This document shows positions 34,691 through 48,715 of a stretch of DNA of 64,000 nt, piece by piece. The DNA comes from Octopus bimaculoides. Its lineage: Eukaryota. The notes under the pieces were generated by a model. That model was given only the letters and a program-made list of their open reading frames with translations. It was not told where the DNA came from and made no database searches. Location of the stretch: positions 683,599-747,598 of the forward strand of contig NC_068994.1 in assembly GCF_001194135.2 (NCBI RefSeq), in the 5' to 3' direction. Every line of letters starts with the position of its first letter. The first letter of the stretch is position 1. The position numbers and the translations under genes are program-made.

Positions 34691-37600
34691 GTGGAATTCA
34701 TGATATTGTTTTGACTATAAACAAACTGTTGTTTTTATGGTTGATTAATATTGTTTAATAATGACTGTTGTAGATACTTGCAAAAGAAACATGATTATTG
34801 CAATATGTAAACTATTATAGTCACTATAAATGGATAAAATAACTAATATGATATAAATATGAAATTGGAAAATAGCAAGCTTATTATCAAGTTAACTGTG
34901 AAGAATGACTGTAAATTTAATGTTTAATATCGATATATAGCAAATAACTTCTCTTGCAGAAACTACATTTAGATTGAATATTAATCTTGTGTGATGGATG
35001 TGTGTGTATAACATTTCATTTTATGGTATGGTGTGTGTGTGCGTATATGCATATATGTGGTATATGACTGATGGAGAGACAAATAGTCAATCTAGTATTT
35101 GGTTCATGCTCTAAGGTTGGACAATTTTATGAATATTTTCCAATAAGCTAAACTTCTACACTGAAAAGTAACTCTGTGTTGTTGACACTCCATTTTTATA
35201 GGTATTTAGGACTATTGTAATAATGTTTTAATGGTGATGAAGGCATGGAAATTGGTCAGTGAAGTAATATCGAATCTCTGTCACTAAATGATCTTAGATG
35301 GTTTGTCTTTCAAATTTTTTTTTTCTTAAAAGCCAAACCTAATCAATAAAACAGTTATTTCTTTTGTGACATCAATCTTCTTGGTGGGTATATGTATAAC
35401 CGAAATAACATTTATAAAGATTATCTAGATCTTTATAGAATAACATAGCGATATGAATTTAAGGTGTTCTTGTGTGACAAATTGGCAAAAATTCTTATAT
35501 TTGAAATATTCTAATTAAATGTGAAAAGATTTCATTTGGAAAGTTTAATTTAATGAATGTTAATACTTTTACATTTAGATAAAAGGTTCTTTTTTGATGC
35601 TGGTTTTCTCTGCTTTGAAATAATACTATTTTTCAAACCTCTGGAATTCTAGGTGCAATTTATATATTTTAGTCTACATCACATCTACTTGCCCTAGATT
35701 TACCACACTCTATATATATTACCTATATGGATAGATTTAATGCTATAAAGTGTTATTATAACGCTATAGTTGATTTACTTAAGTTTAATTTTAAAATATT
35801 GGACAAAACTTTTTTGTTGTGTATTTTTTATTGGTGTTTCACAGTTGTCATATTGTGAAGGTTAGCCTGTAGTGAGATAACAAAAATGTATTCCATAGAT
35901 TTAAACAGTATCAAAAGAATTAAAAGATTGAGTGTGTGTTTGAGATGATAATTGTTTTACTGTAGTAGAATGTTGGTAGGCTTTGATACCATCTAGTAAA
36001 ATGATATAGTTTTGAGGGTTAGTAAAGCAGTTAGCTTAAACTATTAGGAAAACATTAAATGACAAACAGTTTTAAAAGAATAAAGTTCTTACTTTTCTCT
36101 GGTATAGAGAAGATGACTTGAGATTAAAGATGGTAAAGTTTCACTGTTGGTCACAAGCAAACTAGCCAATGGAGCTACAAAATTTGGGTCATGGATTGAA
36201 TGCGCACGCGCATAAATGTTGGAGAATGAAATTCTGCAAAGCTTATACTATTTTCTATTTTCTCTTATCAACAAATATATTCTTTAGATTATAAAAATTA
36301 GATGTTCGCGTATTTTACATATGTTAATCTGCGTTTCGGGCCAGCTACTCTGGACGTTGCCTTCCAACAAAGTTTGTTGATACTATTGAAGCTCATTTGA
36401 TAAGATTCTAATTTCTCAATAACTTTCTCCATTACAAGAGAAAAATCATTCAAAATGAAAATTAAAGATATAATTACAAGTTAAATCTATTTCTTTTTAA
36501 CATATTAAATCTTGATTGAAAACCTCATTTCAGTTTTGTTGGCATTTGGTAAGAAACCCACCTTCACACTTACAAACATAAATACATAGCTGAAGAACAT
36601 GATTGAAGTTTATCACGCAAGTAATGACCGTATGTCATTTTTAAAGCTTATTTCAGTATAGATGGATTCTTTCTTACCTGAAATATTTCTGGATATCTAG
36701 AAAAATACAGTATAACTTTTGTACTCCTGGTTGTTTTATACATATATACATACACACACTANNNNNNNNNNNNNNNNNNNNNNNNNNNNNNNNNNNNNNN
36801 NNNNTATATATATATATATATTTATTTGTATATATATTGATATATATATACATACATATGCATACTTAGGTTTTGTTTCAGTGTATAATTACGAAAATTA
36901 TTCTCTATCAAATAATTTTTGTCTTTTCAGGAATCAATGTTCCTAGAATTCAAGAAAATAATTCCGTGTTCGGTATAGTTGTTATATATGGTATTCCATT
37001 TGTGCCGGTTGCTTAATGATTATTTCGTTAAACTTTTTGAATCAGTGCAAGTACCCTGTTACTATTTTCTTAATTAAACGCAAGATTGTAAGAAACAGTT
37101 TTGCGTTACACCTCTAAACACAGCCATGTTATCTGTGTATGCGCATGTCTGTCTAAACTTGCAAATGTCTACATACAACTAAGAGACACTGTAGTCAATG
37201 ATGTTTTCAATGATGAGGCTTGATTGGCCTTCTCCTATCCCTTTGATAACAAAGTTAAATTTCTCACAGACACTAAGTAATTACAAACCTATCCTTTTAC
37301 ATTTTCTTGAGAAACATTTGCATGTATATATATATATATATACACATACACACATATGGCCACACTCACGCATATACACGACACATATGTATATATATAC
37401 AGTGTGCCATTTGTATGCATGCGTGCGCATCTATATATACATTTATAAACATATGTGCACCTATTCTTGCATATGTATTCCGGATTGTAATTCAAATATC
37501 TATATTAAAATATATTTTTAATTAGTTCTCAATTAGTCGTTCCTTTATAAATTATATGACTGTTCGCATAAAGTACTTTATATTTGAGCTTAAATATTAA

Positions 37601-37861
37601 AGTCCTGTTTCGTTTAATTTGGATTGGTATTATAAGTTTAAAGTTTATATGAGGAAACAGTTTACGGTTTGTTTTTAATTTCATTACTAAACTAGACAGC
37701 TTCAGGTTTTGATCTACAAATCATATATTAAATCATTTCAAATAGAATGACTGCTTCTTTCAGATGAAAACATTCTCAACAAGACAGGAAAATAAAACAC
37801 ATCAAAATTTAGAAAATAAGTTTCAAAAGTGTTACTAATGTCCAAACCGTATAGTTGAATT

Positions 37862-37913
<52 letters not shown>

Positions 37914-37927
37914 CCACCACCACCACC
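37862..37927. repeat. (CTA)n(CCA)n microsatellite
   Basis: Directly visible; produces the spurious poly-S ORF. Confidence 0.95.
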
Positions 37928-38654
37928 AAATAATACTATTACTTGCATAAATATTTATTTACTCAGGCACACCTTTGTTTATACAATTAATCTTGGTATT
38001 TTTAGGCAGATAAAAAGAATGTCAAAGTTATATGGAGTAATATTTAATTTTATTTGCAACAACTTCGTGTCTCGTTCTAAGCCATAATATAACTGATATG
38101 TTGATTAGTCGGATTCTGTAGTGGTTAAACTTGAAAACTTTTCAAATTCAGCCTGTAGTGAATAGATTAAAACAACTGGGGGGAGAAAAGCCCAATGAAA
38201 GCATCACTACATACTTGCTTTAAACATTGAAAAAATTCTGTTGCCCTTCCACTCTTCTCTAAGGGTTAAGCTGTTGTTACATCATAGAGTGTTTTTTCCT
38301 ATGTTGGGATGTTGTTATTCTCTTCTTTCTCTTTCTTATTCCTATAATTGATAGTCTCTCTTTGCCTGCTTGCTTTTTATGTACTCAGTGCAGTATGAGT
38401 GTAGACTGACATCTGCAACAGGTTATGCTGTCCCCAAACACACAGACAAGCAGTGAATAGGCACATACTTCATTTATATGTGCATGGGTGTGTGTGTGTG
38501 TATGTGTGCGTGCGCATGTCTGTTAAAGTCAGACTACAAATTTCTCTTGTTTACCTTAATTGTTCCCTTTTCTTGCCAAGTTTATGACGTAATATAAACT
38601 GTCAGCTTATGTGGAAATAGATCTTTACATACATGGCATACACATAAATCATAC

Positions 38655-38697
<43 letters not shown>

Positions 38698-40699
38698 TTT
38701 CAACTACATTACATCAATTATGTTCTATTTAAAAATATTACTTCCTTACCGCTGTCTTTCTTTCTTTCCTTCCTTCAGCCTTTCTGTCCTTTCTTTCTTT
38801 CGGTGGGTATTACAATTTTAATAACTAATTGCACCCTTATATAAATCACGGATTTGTCCTACCAACACTAAATTAGATCGAAAGAATTAAACATGTTTGA
38901 TTGTAAATTTCATTTGTTGCTTTCTTGTCACTTCTTAACAGTTTCTCAAACTATAACTATTTTAAGTATTTCGTTAATAGTAAAAGTTGCTGTAAGCTAA
39001 ACATAACTAAATGGTGTAAGTAGTTTTATTAATTAATGCATTTTAACGGCAAGAATAAATTCATTTCAACATACGTGACACACTTCTTCATTCAGATTAT
39101 ATAAAATAAATTTCATTTCAAAATATAATAATAGTTGTGTTCTAAAAATCTTTCCGGCACTCCTTTTTCTTCCCTTTATGAAGATATATGCGCTATTTAG
39201 GTTAACTCTTAACACTACTTACTCTACTGCACTTTTGTTTACACATACTACTAGTTAGAATTAGTGCAAGGTCATCATGACCTATGTTCTTGGAAATAAT
39301 CTCTTTCTCCGCTCTCTTGTTTGCATTGTTTACATATGTGGGTGTAATGTCACTTTGACATGAGGCTCTGCTGGAGGAGATGTGCTGCTCCATTAAATTT
39401 ATTACACTGCTTATATGCATGTGATTAGTGTTTTATAACAAGGTTTATTTATATAATATCTGCGTGCTATACTTTTGTTTGCTGTTGTAACAACATTACG
39501 ATAAATACATCTAAAATAATTTTACATGCCTCTTGTCCTGTGAAATAATTGGGCTGTTGAATATCTAAAACAAAATGTTGGCTCCCCTTTCTTTTTGGAG
39601 TCTTTTTTTCTGCTTATTTTTTCACTATAAATTTAGAGATTAAGAGAAAGCGTGGCAAATGTTATGGAACGATATGAGAAATGCTGTAAAATAAGTTTAA
39701 AATTTAGGATTTTCAAGATTACTATGAAATCTTTGTGTTCATATATTTTTATAGCCGGTGTAAGTTTGTGTTCATAATTAGTGTATACCAGCTGTTAACA
39801 TCGGAAAAAAATTTAATTTCTAAATACTCTATAATTTGGTCTTTTAATGCGAACATGACAGTGAGGGTTTTAATGAGATTGTTTTAATTCCTTCCAATAT
39901 ACAGGCTATTATTTTGTTATGCACTGAATTGCCAAAAGTACTTGTACTTACAGGATATTCAGGTAAATTTTGCTTCAGTGTTTTGTGATTTAATTTCTTG
40001 AGTGGAATTTCTAGTCATCTTTGTTTTGTTACCAACATGCAAGTGGGGAAAACCCTGTACAATCAGATATTCCCTTTATCATATATGTATTCATAGAGGG
40101 CGTGTGGTCATGTGATCATAGGGAATTCCGTAAATTTCATCGGACATTTTAGCAGTTTATTTTCCAACAAGCCTCATCTCTATCATTTGATTTATTGCTT
40201 ACATTTCCTGGATATTTTTTCTTTTAGTGAAAAAAACCCCATTATTTTACCCCGTAAAGTAAAAATCAAACTTATTTTGTTCTTAAAAACTGGCAAAGGT
40301 TGACTGAAAATACTAAGTTTTTTACACAGCTTTAAAAAAAAAATCCATATGATGCAACTAATCTTCTCTTATTTTGTTTATTAGTTTATTTAATGAAATG
40401 TAATTCTAGAATTAAATGACAAAATAATCTGCCAAATGACGTAGAAAAAAAAAAGATTTTTTTTTTGCTTTTGCATTGATATTGTTGAGCTAACAATTTT
40501 TATATGTAAAACTACTACGTGAACATTTACCATATCTTGCAATGTAGTACAACATATATATAATAATAACTGGGTAGAAAGATTGGTGTGTAACTTAGTA
40601 ATTTTAATGTTTTTATTCTTTGTTGTTTTAATTTAATGTTTACTAAACTGATTCAGTATTATAAGTTGAAATTGTATAGTTTCTTGTACAATTATTTCA

Positions 40700-41620
40700 T
40701 TATTGTTTTCTTTCCTCTTACATTCTATGTTATTTTTGTAGAACTTTCCTACTGTTTCCTTGGTTTCAAAATCTTTGATGAAGCTATTCCTCATATGTAA
40801 ATATATATCTTTACATCTTGCATAAGTTGCAACCCCAAATGGTTTACAAGTAGCTGTGACTGCTGTACACACAGAAAACATGGGCTACAATGCTAGCAGG
40901 AAGTCAGCCACCATCACTAGCTGGGAGATATTCATTTACAAACACTAATTATGCATTATAACCATCTGGGGAGAAAATATGTCTGTCTTTGAATAATGAA
41001 ATGGCTGCATGCGCTTGGCCATTACCACTTGTATCCAACATTTTGGTTCCCTATAAAAAGGATCAGTATATCATATATGTAGTGGCCTTTGCACAATGAC
41101 TGATTCTAAACAGCCCACCACACTATCGCATATCTCTTTTCCTCTTCCTTGTACACATCAACATGACCTCTGAAAATCTAGTTTCACTGGGGAACTTTCC
41201 GCATATCTTCCCCGCTTGTACTCTTTTGACATTCAGAACTGTTGTTCTTGATGTTAACACAACCTTGTTATGTCTGGTTATAGAATCTCCTTGATAAACT
41301 TTGTTAATTATAACTTCTATTTTGAAAGGTTTCTCATAGGACACTTTGGATTCTCAATCATCTCAAGAGAGTTGCATTCTTTATTGACTCTGCTACATTC
41401 ATCCTTCTCTCCAAGAATGACCGAGTCACAATCACTCCTTTTGTTTATACTCTTCTTCACATCACTTTTCCTATATAAACCGAAAATCTAAGTGAATGCA
41501 TCTCATCGACATTAACTGGTGATACAGTTTCCTCTCAAATCAGGTCATTTATCCATAAATGCTGTGTATTTTCATCTTTGTTGATCTCCATCAACTCTCA
41601 AAACTCTTCCCCCTTTTCTT
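40700..41620 (-). mobile_element. Heavily decayed non-LTR RT remnant, possibly R4/NeSL-like
   Basis: Motif-like pieces in the correct order across frames: LMEINK..QHLWIND (INK..WID), YQGDS (FQGDSLSP), HYIYDILILF (HL.YMDDLKLF), RHIFSPD (FS.D), KPFGV (YKYLG). Confidence 0.45.
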
Positions 41621-41981
41621 CAGTGACCATGTTTATTCTGAATTGCATTTTATACTAATAGTCTTTATATAATAGACTTTTAGAATTAATTCTCTTTAAT
41701 GATTTCCCCATCTTTACTCCTCTCTAAACACGTTACATCTCCCTTATATATGAACGCTATACAACTAATTCCATTGAAATTAATTCAAATGACAGGTTTC
41801 ACAATCTTCGATGTTTTCTCATCTCATCCTCACATATATTTAATACTGAGAAAACTGCATCCCAAACGACTTCCAATCACTTGTTAACCTTCTATAAAGA
41901 CCAAGTGTGATCCACATTAGAATATCGATGCTCATATTACGGGACCGTGCTGCAGTTGACACACACATGCATTCATGCACG

Positions 41982-42020
<39 letters not shown>

Positions 42021-42139
42021 CCTAGACAGCATTTGGGTCATTAGTGAAAGCCCACTCCTCAATATGGCTTATCTTCGTATTTTGTGTCTATATCTTAATC
42101 TTGGTATCACTTTAAACATAAACCTCTTCTGAACACGTT

Positions 42140-42500
42140 TTGCCTGTGGTGAATTTACTTTCAAAGGGGAGAGAATCTCTTCTAGGTTAAATTCCTTTAC
42201 CTTGAAGGATATGTATATTTAATTTTTAGTTCTTAATCTCTTTTTCATATATCTACAAAAACGTTAAGTTCTTAGCTACTAAAATGACCTGTTTCTCTGA
42301 AGCATCATAGCCACTACCTCTGGCATCCAGCGTCTACCCTGCACTAAGCACTTTCCCAATCATTCTTTTCTAAATCGGCAACCCTCTGATAATTTATTTC
42401 CTTGCCCATATTTTTCTTATACAAATTCAATCTGTACAAGTAGAAACATTAACTACAATGGTCTCACTAGAATTCTTGTGAAAGTTACAGCTGTTGCCTT
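42140..42500 (-). mobile_element. Possible Penelope-like GIY-YIG 3' remnant
   Basis: Weak: KVL..DASEKQVILVAKN resembles the Penelope terminal W.IL..C.LC..EK..I; low similarity. Confidence 0.25.
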
Positions 42501-45500
42501 TCTTCACATTCTTAATAGTGATTTCTAATCTAGCCACGAGGCCTGAAATTTTGGAAGTGCTGTCAGTTGATTTACCCTTTAGCATTCAGTTTACTTTGTC
42601 TAGTGCAAGGGTTGGCGAACCAGGTTAAATGACCTCATGTGCAGTAAAAATGAAACTCTTGGGGGTGATGAGGACTCATTAGACAAAAGTAAAATTATAT
42701 AAAAAACGTGTTCCTAGCTACAACAGAAATTTTTCTTCTGGCAACACTGCATCTGTCCAATGTAATGGATGTGTAAATAGATTCATATAAATAGAATCAA
42801 TGAAACAGATTCAATAAACCTTTTAAATTCAAAGAATCTATGATTTTCTTCCTTTCAAATCAAGGGGGTAATGTTGGCATAAATAGACATATTTTGGGGT
42901 AATTGGAAAAAAAGGTTCCCTGACCGCCCCCTCCCTGGTCTAATGTAATGCATTTTTATATTTGCACTGAATTGAATTAACCATTCGTTATCTTGTAGCT
43001 TTGAGATTTTGATGATATGATTGTTTACTTTTAGAATGGCATTGTAAGTTGGGTGTGAGAGGCCAGATATGGCCAGTTTAAATGCTAAAGGATTAAATTG
43101 ATCCCAATATTTTGTTTTATCGATCACAGTTGGATGAACGGTAAAACTGATCTCAGTGGGATTTGTTTAACATTCTAATAATTGTGCCAAACCACTGCCC
43201 TTTCTTCTTATAAATGATGATGATGATAATCTTTTTTTATAAAATCTCCTTTTTCCTGAAAGTCCTCCATCTTAATTGGACTTGGCCTGTAAAATTCAAA
43301 GTGAATGTCAACCCAACAAATTCCGCCTGGGACACTACTACTACTACTGCTGCTGCTCCACTTCCTTTTAAAATGCAAAATGGAAAATACTTTAGTCCTG
43401 AGCAATAGCTGACTCTGCACAGACTATAAGTAAGCTGCTCTATTGTTGCACTCTGTAACTATTTGTTCACTGTTATATAATGGTTGGTTTGTGTAACACT
43501 TTATTTGGCCACCTCTACTCATGTCTTAATGTTTGCTCTATTAAACTCTACCCACTCGTCTGATGGACACTCTTAATGATTCATGGTCATCCTTAGAACA
43601 AGTCTGTGATATAATTATGTTATGCTGCTGAAATAGTTGTGTTTTTTTGTCACTTAAGTTTGATGTCTCTTATTTGTTTATCACTTAACAAATCTGGAAT
43701 GGAAGGAGATTATTGAAAGTTAAGTTGGGAAAGGAGATAAATTATGATTAGATTATTAATTGTCAATTTAAACCATTTATAAAATAGTATTTTTTTCATT
43801 GTTCATACATTGTTTACTCCACTTTCAGATTGTATTTTAGGAATGGTGGAAATGGGGAGAGTGAGAGGAAAGAAAAGAAGGAGGCTATGACACACTAACA
43901 GTGAGTTGAGTGCAAGTCAAGCTGACATTGCTGTGACATCGAATGACTATTAGGGAAAGCCCTGTAATTCAGAAATCCCAATTAAAAAGCATTTTTTGAT
44001 TGAATTTCTATTCAATATTTAAATGGTTGATGCAAGAGAAAATGAATATTTCTTTGAACTTGTTTTCTGATAAAATGTCAGTCTTTTTTAACACAATGAT
44101 ACATACCTGCAAAGATAGTGTAATTGATCTAGTTTAGTCATTAACTTTGAAATATTCCTTTAAAATGGTCAGGTCATATTCAGAATAATAAAGAAATATC
44201 GACTTACTCCTTATCAAAAGTTATGGTGTTGTTGACAAATATACCAATTTTTCTTCCAACTCTGAGATCTCATTTCTGTTTTAACATTGAATAGTCTCTT
44301 ATTAATTTCTATTTCAATGTGTTTTTTTGGTTTTCATTACTATATGAACTAACTTTGGTCCTGTGGACACTCTTTAGAATTAACGAGAGACAAAATCACT
44401 TCTTCAAAAATAAAAGAAAATTTAAAGAGGAAAATGAAGCTAGTGTTGGTATTAATTGAAAGATGCTGGTAGTATTTGATAAGGAGTTGAATTTCAGATA
44501 TGGAAAGGTCAGTATGAAAAGTTATTAAATATGGAGTAATTGTCTTTGTTCAGTCCCTTAGAGCAAAGTCTGCTTAGAAACATATGTCAATGAAGTTATA
44601 TTGTCATATGATGTTGCTTATATGAACAGTCTTAATATTATTTATTCATTACCTTCATAGAGATGAAGGTAATCAGAAATGCTGGGAAAAACTGCCTTGC
44701 TTCAAATAACAACATTTTCAGCCATATCATTTCTGAAGATTTTCAATTCTAAGTTAGGTTGAAATAAATGAAGCTTGGTTTCATCTATCTTATCCTTGGT
44801 ATCATTCCTATGTTGTGATAGATGACCTTTTTGGATATGGGAAAATACAAAAAGCATTTTAGATCTGTATTTAGAGGATCTGATCCTTCTGGAGTGGCTA
44901 GTAAAAAGTTGATTGGCTGAAGATGTGAGTTGAAGTGCTATGTCCATTGTTATGGCAGTTCATATGGCTTTAGGGCTTTAAGAGCTGTTTTAGACTTTAG
45001 TTGTGCTAACGGCTGGAACTATTGATCAGAGAGCAATGGCTTTTAATGAAAAGCATCTTGAGTCAATGTCATTAGATAAAATACTAAATGGTTGTAGAAA
45101 TGGAGAGGCAGTAATTAAAAACTGACTAAACAATGCTTTAGCTTGAAAGATTAACTGAAACAGGACCAGTCTTTGCCTGAGTGATGTGGCTGCATTTTGT
45201 CGGGCAGTTGTCATTAACTTGGGTCGTCACACCAGTTTGGGGGCTTTGTGAGCTCACAAGTGAGTGGCAACTGTCAAGGGTGTTATGATTATTCTTTGAA
45301 ATAAAATGTTTGCCTGGGTTAGAATATGAGTTGGATATTGTGTTAATGGCGATATAACGTTATGTCTTTGGGAGGGAAGAAGAAAGTTGTTGTTGTATCT
45401 TTCCTCGTAGCTGGTTGTGGAAAAGTTCAGCCTAGGTATTAGCTAAACGGTGAAGTAGATGATAAAATATGTAAAACAGAACACTTGTTGCTCTGGTTGC

Positions 45501-45559
45501 TAAATATTAAATATGATAGTTTTAAATTAGCAAAATCTCATCAACTCTAAGGCACAATT

Positions 45560-46135
45560 CATCATCGTGGTGGTGGTGGTGGTGTAGCATCTGTTTTCCA
45601 TGCCAGCATGGGTAAGACGGTTTGACTGGAGCTGGTAAGCCAGAGAGCTGCACTGGGCTCCTGTCTGTTCTGGCTTGGTTTCTCTAGCTCGATGCTCTTT
45701 CTGATGCCATCCACTCCACAGAGTGGGCAGGATGCCTTTCATGTGTCACTGGCACTGGACATGACCGCAATTTCACTTCACTTCTCAAGCACAGAAAATT
45801 GCTGAAGGTCTTCATCATTTGTCATCACCTCTGTGAGATTCACCATCTGAAAATCATACTTCACCACCTTGTCCTATGTCTTTCTGGGTCTACCTCTTCC
45901 ACAGGCTCCCTCCACAATTAGAGATTGGCACTTTCTTATGCAGCTGTCCTCTTCTATATGCATCACATGAACATACCAGCTCACTCTTCTCTTTGGTACA
46001 CTATATCTGATGTCTCTTATGTCCAATTTCTCTCTCAAGATGCTTACACTGACATTGCACATCCAGCAGAGCATACTAGTTTCATTTGTTTCCAGCCTTT
46101 GCATGACCTCTACAGCCACAACCCATAGCATGGCT
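45560..46135 (-). mobile_element. 5'-truncated RTE LINE with contiguous 3'UTR and tail
   Basis: ORF 45874-46131 (QRLETNETSMLCWMCNVS..KRRVSWYVHVMHIEEDSCIRKCQSLIVEGACGRGRPRKT) runs into the shared 3'UTR/tail. Confidence 0.85.
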
Positions 46136-47199
46136 GTTCACACACAGGCATCTAATTGTTCATGCAATATAATGGTTTCTTGAATATCTTATATTATTTT
46201 ATCTTGAAGGTTGCTAAATACTGATATATGTTTGATTTGTTAACACCTGCAAAATAAACCTTTTATTATTTTATTTAAACTTTAATTTGTAGTATTTTCC
46301 TTTTTTCTGTTTTTTTTTCTGTATGTGCACTAATAACATAAATCTAAATATAATTTCATTACATCAGCCCTCACTCTCTTTAGTAAGTGAACATAAACAT
46401 AAAGCGAATTAGTTCATGCAGATATTTAAAGAGATTGCTTGATTGGGTGGTATATGAAAATATGGAAAATAGACTATATAGAACTAGCTTCTGTTTGAAT
46501 GAAACAATTCCCCATCTTCCACTTTCTTCAAAATATGATGAGGGGTAGTAAGGCGTTGAAGACAGCACTGAGCTACAAAATGTTGAGAACCAGTGGTTTA
46601 GGGGCTCTTCATTGGTGGGCACAGGATTTGATCTGCCATTTTGGAGTTGTTTGATGTTAGAGACTATCATTTCTCTGAATGCTAATGAAATATCCTGCTT
46701 TCACAATAGCAGTAACAGTTTTAGGATTTATATCAATATTTTTAGTTTTAAACAGAAACTCAGAGTTTACAGACAAGTACAACAACTTACAGATCATCAG
46801 GTTGTATAGTTAAAGAAAGGGTTCTGTTTCACTTGTTTTGGCGGTACATGCCCTACAGCACGAAACACTCTAAAACAACAATGGCTCTGAGAGGAATGAT
46901 TACCTCAGTCTCACTAGTTTTTGGTGGGTCTGTAAAGATTATGGTTGTAGCCCTTTTCTCTATACCAAACTACTTTAAACGAAATAAAAAAAACAAAAAA
47001 AAAACAAGAGCAATTAATGAACACTAAAACTGTAGTAGTGCCTCGTATATTTTAAGTATTATTTTTATTTTATTTCATTTGTTTCTAGCTTGGGGTAGTC
47101 ATGTCTCTCCTCTATAGCACAACACCTGTTCCTTTCCTTTTAACACTTGGCACGAAGCCACTTCTCTCAATATTAGTGCCCCACTCAGTTGAGGAATTT

Positions 47200-47430
47200 A
47201 GTCTTGCAAGTTACTTGGTGACCTCACTAGTTCGAGTACCATTAAAAAAAAAAAAAAGAAAGCAACCAGCACACTCTGTAAAAAGGTTGGTATTACAAAA
47301 GGGCATCCAGCCAGAGAAACCATGCCAAAGCAGACTTTGGAGTTTGATGCAGTCCTTCAGCTTGTCAGATTCTATAAAACTGTCGACACTCCATACTAGC
47401 ATAGAAGACAGGTATTAAATGATGATGATG
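47200..47430 (+). mobile_element. (GAT)n-tailed SINE
   Basis: AAGGGCATCCAGCCAGAGAAACCATGCCAAAGCAGAC..TTAAATGATGATGATG. Confidence 0.75.
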
Positions 47431-48544
47431 TTATTTACTGTTTCTATGAAGACTTTTTCATTGGAAGGAACAAGAAATTATCAAAAATGAAACAAAATTA
47501 CAGTCCAAACTTTTGAAAACCTTCAGTGTTTAGATTATTTTACTGAACAATGACTGAAATATTTTAATTCTATGGGAGAAATTATTAAATCTTTTTGGTT
47601 TAGAAAAAAAAAATCCAACAAAACAGGAATATATTTTTCATTCATGCAATAAAAATGTTTTATACTTGAGCTGTAAAATGCAAATTGCATGCTAATTTCT
47701 TTCAGCATAGCTTGATAAAATAATAATTAGATGAAATTTCTGCTTAGATGAAGTCATTTCCAATAAAGTCTAAAAATATCAGCTTCAGTGAACTATTAAA
47801 TGTGTGCCATGAATTTCATTGTTTATGTTGAATAATAGATTTGTGGTAGGATTGTATGCAGAGATGGGACCTGCTACTCTGCACATATAAACAACTGATT
47901 GATTACTATTAGTATTTCTTACTACTAGTGTGGCCTACACATGACTCACAAAATTGTTCTACTACAAAGCTGGTGGAATATATTTTATAATTTTATTGAT
48001 CAAGGTAAACATTGTTATGAAATGTGTGAGAAGAAAAACCAGTAAACATGATGGGATGAGGAGACAGGTTTCATACAGTGAATATCTACATTACCAGTTG
48101 TTGAAGAATATGTACCTTTTTAAGGCAGTGTATAGCAATATCTCATTGTTATATTGATCTTATTAGTTCTTTGGTAGAAACTTCTATTATAGTTTGTTGT
48201 GATAACAACATTTCTGTAGCTATTAAAAATTTATACAAAATCTTTTATAAAATGGAAGAAACAATTGTCAGAAAATGGATCTACTTAATTAAAATACACA
48301 ACTATCATTTCAAAAATCTACAGGCTGGTTTTTAATTACAACTGATTTAATTAATTTTATTATAATAGTTGAAAATATTGAAAATTGTTTACTATATTTG
48401 GAATTAATGCATGTGTCAACATTTTTGGCAGTAGTAATTTCTAATTAATACGAACAACACTATTTCAGTGCAAAGACCAAACTATTGTAGTGAATGAGTT
48501 ATTTGTAACTTTCTTTTTTCAATATTTAAATTAATCAACTATTG

Positions 48545-48715
48545 AAACCAGTAGCACACCAGGCAAAATACTTAGCGGTATTTTGTCTGTTTTTACGTCC
48601 TGAGTTCAAATTCTGCCAAGGTTGACTTTCCCTTTCCTACTTTTGGGGTTGATAAATTAAGTACCAGTTGCGTACTGGAGTTGATCTAAATGATTGGCCC
48701 CCTCCCCCCAAATGG
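48545..48715 (+). mobile_element. tRNA-derived SINE, third family
   Basis: Pol III B-box-like GAGTTCAAATTC at 48602-48613; conserved GATAAATTAAGTACCAGTTG also seen as fragments near 3045 and (inverted) 1500. Confidence 0.65.

Noticed and set aside
38006-38047. ADKKNVKVIWSNI resembling a globin A-helix behind an acceptor
   Set aside because: A stop follows immediately and no further globin exons were found; treated as coincidence.
40633-41620. Ty3/gypsy RT or integrase reading (PFGVAT, SDGG)
   Set aside because: No LTRs, PBS or PPT were found, and the motif order fits a non-LTR RT better; even that call is low confidence.
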